Assembly: GCA_026387385.1 (NCBI GenBank)
Contig: JAPLLU010000087.1
Location: 1-40,515, forward strand
Length of the DNA stretch: 40,515 bases
Reading direction: 5' to 3'
Source: Candidatus Omnitrophota bacterium
GTDB taxonomy: Bacteria > Omnitrophota > Gorgyraeia > Gygaellales > Profunditerraquicolaceae
Positions 12,001 to 24,000 of this stretch are shown in pieces. Within the stretch, counting starts at the first letter, position 1. Every line of letters begins with the position of its first letter. The position numbers and the translations under genes are program-made. The notes below the pieces were generated by a model. The model made no database searches. It was not told the origin of the DNA and saw only the letters and a list, made by a program, of their open reading frames with translations.

Positions 12001-15000
12001 GCTCCTGGATTTGGCGCGATGTTTGATAATGTAGGAGGCCGCTGGACAGGAGACCTGCATATGATGACGTTCCTGGCTTATTACAATCTTGACGCCGAAG
12101 AATACTGGAATGCCCGTTATGAAGGTATAGATAAAGTGCGCTCAGGGGTTCATACCGGTAATATTTTAGGCAATATGATTCTGGATAATGGCATAACTGA
12201 CATTGCCCTGGTAGTCCCTGACTATCTTTTCTGGTTTGGCAAATCCTGCGAGCAGAATTTCAATGAAAGTATTTGGCAGGGAGGATTTGCTAACCTCGTT
12301 ACCATTAAAGAGAGTAAATGGCAGGCGCAGAGCAAGCATTATGAGAATAAGTCTAATCGCTTGGTGATCAATTTATCAAGCCTCAGCATCCCCGAAGCTT
12401 CATTTAACTTATTCAAAACAGCACAGCCTGATTTTACAAAATTAACCAAGCAGGAATTGGCTGATGCCTTTGCCGGGCTCTTTACCTTATTCTATGGTAT
12501 GACCAATACTGTTGGTTGCCGTTTGATTAACCGGGCATTATTAAAGGAAGGATGTACTGTAGATAATGTGGATATGAATAATTTGGATAAACGTGAGACT
12601 ACGATTGTCCAGAAAAATCTTTTCCTGCGCCAGCCTTATGTGGAATTAGGCAAGGGCCTTCTCGAAGTTAGCTTAAAAGCCTTGCAGGAGGAAGAGGCTA
12701 AGAATCAAGGGGCAATTACTAAAGCTTTAGAAGAGATCCAGCGATTAGCCAGAGAAGGACAACTTAAGACCAATATCATCGGAATTGACGCTCCCGCAAA
12801 TATAAAGAGCCCAGAAGAATTAGCCAGCCTTATTGCTAAAGTTATTGAGTTTGCAAAAGAAAATAACCGCAAATTTGTTCCGTTTATTTATCTGGAAGGC
12901 GATAAATTCTATGCCTTAAGGGATTATTTGATTGACTTAGGGATTGAATGGGTGATGCAGGGGACCGGGGATCAGCATATCAGTTATCAGCAGGTATTGG
13001 CCCAGCCAAAGAAGTATTTACCGTTTATTATATCTTTTGTCCCTGAGCAGCCACTTGCTGCCAAGCCCGCAATTGGTTTTGCCAAAGGATATTTGCATAA
13101 TGTTTCTTCTCATCTGGTGCGCGATTATTTTGGGGAGGCTTCTTATCGTGCTTTAACTGAGTCAAGAGCAGAAGAGGACGGCCTGGGATTATTCATGAGG
13201 CTGATTGACTCTTCAGATGACCACAAGATGTTAAAAGAGGCGTTTAACAGCTTAGAGAAGGCGCAAGAGGAACTGAGTCAGCAGAAGGAACTAAAAGAAA
13301 TATTCGAGGCGCAGCAAAAGAAAGACTGGCTGAAGGTGCAGCGTTCACAGGAGAGATTAAAGCAGCTGCTGCTGGGGATTTACGAGGATAAATTCCAGGA
13401 GCTTCTTTCTCAAAAGCCGGACATCAAGCCTGTTTTTGACCTGGCGAATAAATCACGGCAGTCTCAAACCATAACTCCGCAGATTGCCGATTACTATAAT
13501 TTGAAGGGGCATTATAAGGAATTTGTCTCTAAGGCTAAATTTTCCACAGCAGGAATCCGCGCCTTTATTGATATATTGCACAGCGAGAATCCGGATAAGA
13601 TGTATAACGATATGTTCATGGCACTTCTTATTGAGACAGAGGCGGAATTCTTAAAAGGCGTGCATAAGCAGATTCAAGGGCAATTAGAAAAAATCACCGA
13701 TTTAAAAGAATACTGCAAATCCTTAAGGCAGGAGATGGGCTTAGAGAACGTGAAAAGCATAGAGGAGATCTACGGAATGAGCCTGGAAGAGATACTTTTA
13801 TTCTTAAAAGTTAATATAGTCAAATTGGTGGGCGGCGAAGTAAGGGTGCATACGGCAAAGTACTGTGAGATGGAGGCACGCATCCTTGCGGAGAAGGGCA
13901 TAACCGTAATTGTGCCGCAAAATTACTCTAACAGCACAGCCATATACATATATTCATTCCTTACCTACATACTTGGAGCCTGCGGCGCAACACACTATAC
14001 TTCCAGCCACAGCGCCAACTACCTTTACGGCAGGAAGAATCTCGCTCCCGACGGAGCACAGCTCCTTCCGAATTTATATGAGAAATACATCGATATCTTA
14101 AGCCGCATTATAAATACCGAGATTTACGGGCAGGGCGGGCATACGGTGGTTATGGCCGCGGCAGATGATAAGCGCATATTGAACACTTTAAGTTATAAGC
14201 ACATGGCGAAATTATTTACTTCTATTTTGAACATCACTAAAGAAAACGTGGAGATAATCAATGAAACCGCGAAAAGAGGCCATAAAATTGTTTTGAATTG
14301 TTTGAACGGCTCAACCTGGAAGACTTTTGAGCCGATGCTTGAGGAATTAGGCATAGATAAGGGGGTATTTGATGTCATCTTTTTGGAGGAGGACGCCTTC
14401 TTCAAAGCCGGATACCAGGTTGTTCTTGATAAGCAAACAGGTAAGTATAGCGTCGAGCATTACGGGATTGACACGACGTCTTTTGATAAGGTCGTTCCGA
14501 CGATTCCTTACGTAGACAAATTAAAAGGTTACCCGGTAGGCACGTTTGTGTTCGAATGCGACCCCGACTCCGACCGTTTTGTCGTTAAGCAGATTATGGA
14601 TAAGAGTGCCATACCCTTATTGAACGAATTCGGGGTTGATTATTCCGATTTGCAGGAAGACAGCAAGATATTGGTAATGCCCACACCGAATAAGATATTC
14701 CTGGCCCTGGATATAATAGATAAAGAGAATTTGGAGGCAGCCGGAAAGTGGGGGAATTATACTTCCGTATATTACATTACTTACGTTTCTACCCGTGCCT
14801 GGGCTGAATTTGGCGATGCCCTGTACCCCGGTTTAGTCCGCGTTATGGAGATGGTCGGATTTAAGAATTTAACCGGGATGCAGAGAATCTTAGAAAAATG
14901 GTTGTTTGAAACAAAAGATCATTCTATTTCCTTTAAGGACCAGCTGGGGCGCGAGATTACCCTTAACCGCGATCGGGAAATTAGAATACATTCTAAAGAA

Positions 15001-18000
15001 GAAGAAAGCGGCGGCCGCGTTTCCGGGACAAGCAAGCCCTGTATCAACATTTTAGGACAGCGCGTCCTGGCTATGCCTGAAAAGAGCGCCGCAGATTCAA
15101 CGCTTTCGATGCTTATATTCGCGGCTAAGGAGTACCTAAATAATAAGAATTCCGGCCAGGAGGGAATGTCTAATAATTACTTAGTAATGAACTTCTTAAA
15201 AGACCGTTTCAATAAATACGGGCTGAAGTCCAAGATTGATACCCGCCTTGACCTTGTACATGCTGAACAGGGCCCCATCGCTGCTTTGCCTTATGCGGAA
15301 CAGCAAAAGGCCATGGATATAGCAGGGGTAAAGAAGTCAAACTTTAATAACCTCGCCTTCTCGTTAGGCAAGGCTGTGCGTGACGGTAAAATTAGCATAG
15401 TTCAGGCTATTGAGGTTCTTGTGAAGATTATGCCTAAATACGAAGAGACCTGGAGATGTTTAAGCGAAATAACCATGACTGAAGAGGAAGTGGTGGGCGG
15501 GGAAATGAGGCCTGAGGGTGTGCCTATGTTATTTAAGCCGAAAAATGGCCGCACGCCGTTATTTACAGAGCTTGATTTTCGTCCTTCGGGGACAGATCCC
15601 TTAAAGAGCAAGATTTACATTCACGCTGAGGCCCTGACTCCTGAACAAAAAGCAGAAATGAAGGCTTACTTTGAGAGCCTGATAGAATATAACTTTTATC
15701 CTGCGCTGGAATATTTTGGCATAGAGCCTGTGACATCCAAGAGCCCCTTGGTCGATAGGATAGGACTGCGCGCGTTAGAGTTTATGGCAGGGCCTAATCC
15801 ATCCAGCCTCCAAGGTAAGCATACGACAAACACTCCTAATGCAATTAAACAAAACCTTATTGAAAATGGCCAGAATTCAGAAAAGGCGCGCCTACTAAAT
15901 ACAAATATCATCAATACAGATGATTTGAAGGTGAAGGGAGTCGATGAGAAGGAGCGTATAGCAGTTAGCCGGGAGGAACCCGCGGTTTCTTCGTTAGCAT
16001 ATTTACGTTCGCTAGTTAAAAAATATAACCTTAATCTCTTTGGGGAGGTAAAGGCTGAAAGAGGTCCTCCAGTACTTATTAGCGAAAATCACGGCTGGGC
16101 AGAAGTTTTCTGGGGGCTAATGTGGGCAAGAAAAAAGGTTAGGGGCAAAGGCATTTTAGTTAATTTTGATCTGCATTCCGATATTGATTTTACTGGCGCT
16201 ACTTCAAGAAGTACGCTTCTGGGTGGCAATGATAATACATTTGAGCTGAGGAATAATGGGCACGTAGAGTTTATTGTTTCAGGAATCGTCAATAGACATT
16301 CAGGAATCGTCAATGGACATCAAGTAACCGTCAATGGATATATAGATGAAATTTACTGGGTAGTGCCTCATGATAATAGGGTTTATTATGGGGGCAGGAA
16401 AGAAGTAATACTATATGTTGCTTCCTATGAAGCTGATCACGGCGTTTCAGTGTATGTTTCTGAAAACAACTCAGAAGATCCTTCTGAAGGTAAAGAAAGC
16501 CTTAAGCCTATAGTAAAAACTGAAGTTAAATTGCACATAGTAACTTCTAATAACATGCCTAGTTTTGCGAATGAATCCAGGCCAGTCTTTATTAGCATAG
16601 ACGCTGATTATTATACAGCGCGCTACTTGGAATATTACAATCATAATATATTCTTGAAAAATAAAATGAATAATCCCCTTTATCAGCTTCCGGAAGGCGT
16701 AGAAACTATGGATTACCGGGCTATGATTAATTGCATTAAGGAAGAAGCCAGAAAAACTGCAGAAGCTATAAAAGCAATAAATCCGGCTTTGATAACCTTT
16801 AGTTTCTCTACGTCATCCGAGGCATACGAAAATAAATTTACCCTGAATGAGAAAACCCGTTATGCAAATGGCTTCAATGGTTACTTGCCTTTTGAATTCA
16901 GGGATAAAGTATTTTACTTTATTTTTAAGGAATTAATCGAGCAGGATGTCTTAAGGTTTGGATTTTCTCTGGAAGACTTTGAAAATGAATTCTCAGATTT
17001 TTCTGATACGGGAATAAATGTAGAAACCAGTCGTTTCCCCGATGGTGAGTGGTATTTGAGGATTTTAAATCCCGGTATAGTCAAGGGTGCCAAAGTGAGA
17101 GTGTTGCATTCTCTCGAATCCGCTGACGATTTAGTGAAATTAGTTTTATTAATGGATGCGCTGCGCATGTACGGTGCCGCATATATCCAATTAGTCTTAG
17201 ACAAGCCATACACCATTACCAATGGCTTAGATGAAGTATTGCGTTATCTCTGTAATAGTATAGCTTATCGTGATGGGGAAGAGATTAGAGAGCTTGATGT
17301 AGCTAGGCTAAAGCCTATAGAACAAATGAGGTCCTGTGTTTGGGTACATACAGTATTATATCAACATGCCCGCCTAGAGGACGATGCTAAAGAGGCAGCA
17401 AGAAACGTCAATGCCGAGTGCGCAAGGATCGAGATTATCAACAAAGGAGAGGATAATCCTTTAAATTGGAAGATATCTTTGCCAAAAGGCTTAAAAGATA
17501 AAAATGTGGTTCTGGTTCATAGCACCGAGAATAACTTCGACATTGCCGAGTTATGGCTTATGCTTATTGCTTTACGCCAAGCGAATGTAGCATGTATTTC
17601 TCTGATTGAAACCTATTCTGGTTATTCCAGACAGGATAAGAAATTTAAAGAAGGAGAGGGCGTTAGCGCAGCGACGATGTTAAAAATGATAGATGCCCTT
17701 GTGGATAAACATTTGACCTTGAATATCCATTATGGCAAGAAGAGCGGCATAGTCCAGTTAAATGATTACCCTTATCAGTTGCACAATCTGAACGCTTTTG
17801 TCCAAGTGGCAGAGAAACTGTTTGATTGGGTAGCAGGACAAGCAAAGCAAACAGGCATAGATAATCTTGTTGAGGAATTTAGTAAACATCCCCTGCTCGT
17901 ATTAGGCCCTGATGACGGAGCATTCAATTATGTCCAGGAAGCAGCAGAGGTATTAAAGAGATATATAAAAGTTAAGTACGGTGTCGAAATAGATACACAT

Positions 18001-21000
18001 TGCGGTTATATGGATAAAGTCAGAGTCAGCGCTACGCAAGTGGAGATACCAGCGTATATATTAGGCGAAAATGGCCAAAAAATTACCAAGGTAAAAGATG
18101 TAGATGTAAAGGATTGTTGGGTATTTATTATTGATGATGAAACATCCACAGGAGGAACATTATTAGCTGCAACTTACGTATTAGTAAGAGAGATGGGAGT
18201 CTCTTGGTCAAGGATTCTGACTGGCGTAGTTCACGGCAAGCTAGGAAAGGGTCTTGAACCATTTAAGACAGATCTGAATGAGGAAGAGATAAGAGCTGCT
18301 ATAAGAGATGGAATAGGCATAGAGCCAAAATCAGAATACATAAATGAAGCCAAAAAATTAATGCCTTCTCGACTATTGGTGGCTACAAAGTCAGTGGATT
18401 TAGCTTTACGATGTGAATTCCCAGAAGAACAAAAGGTTCTTATCGATCTACTTATCAGCCATGCGGTCAAACGTTATATAGGTGAGAGTATTGCTAAGCC
18501 TTCCGACACAAACACAGACTTGCCTGCTAACCAATCCAATAAATTCTATTCCTTCTTTCCTTTTACTTTCTTATCTGTTGGCTCTATACCGGTAATTTCG
18601 GATATTATTAATTGGATCTCAAATAATCCAGTTTGGGCTGGATTGATTGGGTCAGGTGTTGTGGGGTTAGGTATTGGCCTATTCTTTGCTGTTTGGCGGT
18701 ATATATTCCCGGTGAGTTGGTATCTTTGGAGACTAAAAAGTCCACGCTCTGATGCCCGCTCATCCGCAGCCGAAGCCTTAAAGAAATTAGGTGTAACTAA
18801 AGACCAATTAATAGAAGGTTACATTAAGGCATTATCATCCCGAAACTCTGATGCCCGCTCCTGCGCAGCCGAAGCCTTAAAGAAATTAGGTGTAACTAAA
18901 GACCAATTAGTAGAAAGTTACATTAAGGCATTATTATTATTCCGAATCTTTGACTCTAATGCCCGCCCCAGCGCAGCCAGAGTCTTAGGCGAATTAGGTG
19001 ACTCTAGAGCAGTCGAACCTCTGATAGAGAGATTAAACGATCCAGACTACTATGTTCGCTCCTGCGCAGCCAAAGCCTTAGGCAAATTAGGCGACTCTAG
19101 AGCAGTCGAGCCCTTGATAGAAAGATTAAGGTACTCATACTCTGATGTCTTCTTCTCCACAGCCGAAGCCTTAGTCCAATTAGCTGACAAGAGAGCAGTC
19201 GAGCCCTTGATCGAAAGATTAAGCGATTCAGAATGCTATGTCCGCACCTACGCAGCCAGAGCCTTAGGGGAATTAGGCGACTCTAGAGCAGTCGAGCCCT
19301 TGATCGAAAGATTAAGCGATTCAGGTTGCCGCACCTACGCAGCCAGAGCCTTAGGGGAATTAGGTGATGCCAGAGCCATTGCGCCCCTAGAAGACTTATT
19401 ATCTCGCACTTGGGAAAGCCGAGAGGAAGATGACTATGGGCCTTATGGAGAGCGTTGTGGGTCGCATACGGAATATAATTCTGAATATACTGAAATTTCA
19501 GAAATTATTAAGATGCTTAGAGAGAAGAATATGAATCAATCCACCAAATTCTATTCCTTCTTGCCCCTTGCCTTCTTATCTGCTGGCTCCATACCGGTAA
19601 TTTCGGATATTATCTTAACTTTACAGAATATAATTCAGCCTTTAATTAGCCTTCCGTTCTGGTGGCAATTTGCCATTTGGATAACCGCTCCTTATGTTTT
19701 ATCTTTAACTGTATATGCAATAAAGAATATTATAAGGACCAACAAATTGACTAAAAATTTCGGGTTTAATATAAGGAATAGATTTTCTATAGTTATTTCT
19801 TCAATGTTTAAAGGGTCATTAAGCAAAGATAAAAGTAGTTTTGGCATAAGCGCACTTGGACTAGCCGCTTTTTCAGTATTGGTAATATCCTTAAAATATA
19901 CAGGTGAACCCTTAGTAATAATATGGGGTTATTTTGGTTCCTTATTAGGGTTATTGATTAATTATATTGTTTTTGTTTTCGGAGTATATAGCCATTATAG
20001 TTTAGAGGGAAATTATATCATCCCGGCTATAATGGAGCGCGTAAAGAGGTGGGAGGCAGAAGATAAAAATAGACTGAAGACAATTTCTATAGAGAAAGTT
20101 TTGGAAATGCTATCAGATAATGATATACAAACTAAAAAGGCAGCCGAGGCGATATTGCAAATAAGCGGAGTCCCCAGAGAAGAAGCGATAAACGGCTACC
20201 TCAAGGCTTTATCCAACCCATACTCGTCTGTCCGTATCTACGCCATCCGGGCCTTAGTTAAAATTGGATATGAAAGGTCAGTTGAGCTCTTAAAGGAACT
20301 TTTAGCCGGGACCCCGCAATATATTAAGGAGGATATCTATGGGCCTTATGGAGAACTCAGTGGAACATGCATAAAAGAGAATCCTGAATATATAATTTTG
20401 AAAGCCCTTAATGAGCCTCAAGAACAAAAGCCGATAATCAAGAGAGAGCGTCCTTCGCCCCCCAAAGGATTAAATATTGAACTGGTTAAGAAAGCGCTTA
20501 ACACGGGTAAGGTAAATCTTGAAGATATAAAAGATCCAAGAGTGAGGGATTTCTTAACATTCTTAAAAGAAAATGGTCTTAGTTATATACTAGTTATTGG
20601 CGGAGCGGTTAGGAGTATCTTCTTTGATGAGAATGTCTATGATTTTGATATCAGTATCGGGGCAGACCTTACAGACGGAGAAAGGAAATCCTTTGCTGAA
20701 TCAGATAGCCAGATAAACCAAAGAGTTTTGAAGCATGCTTTAGATACTTTAACCAAGTTTGCGGTTAAGCGGGGTTTCAAAGTTTCCGATTTCTTGCCTC
20801 CCCATAGAGGCCGGGCAGGAGCTTTTCAAGGACTGGAAGTAGATTATTTCGGCCCGGTAGAGAATAAGAGGATTAAGAGGCCGGTTTTTGATATTCAAAC
20901 CAAACAAGGGTATTTTATGCATGACGGACCGGCTATCTTACAAATAGCAATGGATGCCGAAGGCAATCTCTATGGGCCAATTGGGAGCTTAGAAGATTTA

Positions 21001-24000
21001 TTACAAGGAAGGATTTCTATTCTTGGAAATGGACTCAATTTTGGGATTAATGATATTTTGAGGCTGTTAAGATTAAAGTACCAGTATGGTTTAGAGATTG
21101 ATCCTCAAACTTACCATTTGATGGAAAGGGTTATTGAAAAATACTTAGAGCCAACTTATGTTTTCCCTTCCCGTGTGTTAGATATTACAGAAGAATTATT
21201 TGAGAAACTTATTCGTAGAGCTATCTCTCGCGATTTAGCATACATGGAATTGGAAGATCTGGGCGTAATTTCAGTCATTGAAAAAATGCGCCGGCAAGTT
21301 AATAAGAATCTTGAGTTTGATAAGGTATCCGCATCCGTCTCTTTCCAGGGACGTCATTCTCCTGAAGACCACATAAAAGTCGACGCAGAAATACAAGAAG
21401 CTAGGTTATCACTGCATGGCTGCCTGTTATCCGGCTCAATCGCAGGCTGGCAGATGCCGTGGTGCGCGCAGGATTTAACCCAGTTTACTACAGCTAGAGA
21501 ACTTACCAAAGGTTTAGTCGCTAAACTACCGCAGGCCTTAGGACAGGTAGATGTTTATGAACTCCTAAAAGCAGCCAATGTTGTATTGATTGTTAACCGC
21601 AACCGTTCTCCGTGTAACATAGATGCGCATGTAGGCAGAGAACGTAATTCTATCTACATCCTTGTTCCTTCCGAAGAAGAGTTCCTTAATCTTCCTGTCC
21701 CAGAATTAGCCAAAATCTTAGTTCATGAGAGCGTAGAACTTGCCACCAAACTAGAATCCTCCAAAAAGGGTATAGATTGGGATTCTTTGGTGGAAGATGC
21801 CCATAAAGTTGCCTTAGAATTTGTAAAAGAGATTCAGCAAATTGTTGCTCACCGTAATGACCGTATGTTGATGAGGACTGATATGCAGCTTGCTTTTGAA
21901 GAGGGCTGGCGGGTAAAAAAGATATACCAGACCGCCTTTAATGATGTTCAGGCTAAGATGTTTGGAACTCAGATTAAGCTTATGGATTATCCTAAAGACA
22001 CCATGGTCATCCCTCTGCCAGACCCCAGTCCTTATAGGGAGAGAATAAGGGTCAGAGGCAATGGTATAGCTAATTTAGGCATTATCAGGACCCTGGTGGA
22101 GCAATTAGTACTGAGACGAGACTTAGAACCGGGGACCCATAATCTGATTGAACTATTAGGTAATAATCTCATTGTAGGTTTACACGGCGGTGGCCAATCA
22201 TCGCGCAATCCTAAATATACCCAGATAGGTAAGTTTAATGGCTATCTTCCGATAAGAAGTTTAAGACAAGACCTGCCTGCTTCATTACAGGAGGAACTTT
22301 TAGTTCCCGCGGCTGTCTTAAGTAAAATATATCCAGAGAATCTTCCTGCCTATATCAATACCTACGGCGATGCCTTGATCACCTTTAATCCCAGCGAAAC
22401 ACAGAAGATACTTAATACTAATCCTGAAATGGCTCAAGGTATGATGATCTTTTTAAGAAAAGTCCCTGCCCGGGAAGCTCCTTGTTGGGGCACCGCGGCA
22501 ATAGATGAGAAAGGCCTGATTAAGCAATTTGTAGAGAAGCCTCTGAGGGACACCGGTGAAGTAGCGCAAGGCATTGTCAGGATAAATGAACAGCTATTTG
22601 TCATCGATGAAGACTTAGAGAAAGCCAAAGAGATCCTCGCTAACAAATACAACCTCTTAGTAGATAATGAATACGTATTGATGAACACCGCCTTTGCAGT
22701 ATTAGGCCCGGCTATTTTAGTGCGCTGGGCAATCTTAGCCGGCATTGAGATAGATATTAAAGGTAACTTCACAGTAAAAGAAAAAGGCAAGGTGCCCTAT
22801 AATTCTGAAAGCCTCTACGACAAGATATTAACCTATGGCGGAGACCTGGACACCTTTGGTGATTTAGTGCCTCCTATGAACAGAGACTTAAACATTATTG
22901 AATTCATTTTTGGGAAAGGCATCAAACAAATAGAAGATGCGAAGAAAAAAAACAATAATAAAGAAATCTTGGAAGATATTCAGACATGGCTTAATGACAG
23001 GCGCGAAGACCTGACAGGAGAACGAATCTCCTTAACTGAATTAGACCTGGCCCTCAGAACATTATCCCAATTCTTAGAAAAGAGGCTTCAGGGAACCCAG
23101 GCTAAAGATGAATTTGATGCTTTAAATCTCTGCTTATCTGTTACAGTTCAGATTTTGATGCGTGAGATATTAATCAGCGTCTTACGCTCACCCGGGCCGG
23201 GTTCTAAAGCCTGGGCAGTGCCTATAGAGAGCGAGTGGTTAGATACAGGCAGGACCGTAGAAGAATCTCAGATAATATTAGGCCAGGGTAAGGCCAACAG
23301 ACAGTTAGGTTTAGTTTTTGACTTTGAAAGGACCATTGGCTCAAAGGCCGCTGTGAGAAGTTTTAGTCTTGCCAGCATCATTGAAGACCAGCCTGGCTCC
23401 CATGTCGCTCCTGATTCCATTCAGATTGCCTCCCATCTTCGCGGGAAAATCTATATGGACGCTGAATCGCAAGTCCATATGGTAGACTGGCCAGGAGACC
23501 TGCATCTTTATCCTCAGGTAGTAATGTCAGAGGCAGCAGTGACCCATCAGAATAGGAATTGGGTGGTGCATATAATCTGGAGTTTACAGGATGGCGAGAC
23601 CAATAAGATTAAAACCCATATGAACCGTTCGTTAGAAGATTGGTTTAATGAACTGCGTATACTTGAGCCGCGTATTGACATAGATAAAATCTGGGCTCCC
23701 GGGACAGCCCATCTTCTGAGTACTGCCAGGATATTCCCGGGTTTAAGCCAACAAATTCTAGAAGAGGCTCTCCCCATAGATGAGCTTGACAAAGAACTTT
23801 ATGATTCCATGTATGAGATACGGGGTTTCTTACAGGGGCATACTTCTCCTGCTCCCAAGGCATGGTTAAAAGCATTGGAACAGGAGCGTCTCTTCTCTAT
23901 AGAAGATGTATACAGAAAACCCGCAACCGAACTCTTATTGCAAAGAAGAAAAAGAATGATGGAGAAGTTAGGGAAAGCAAGTTTACCAGAATCCACTCCT

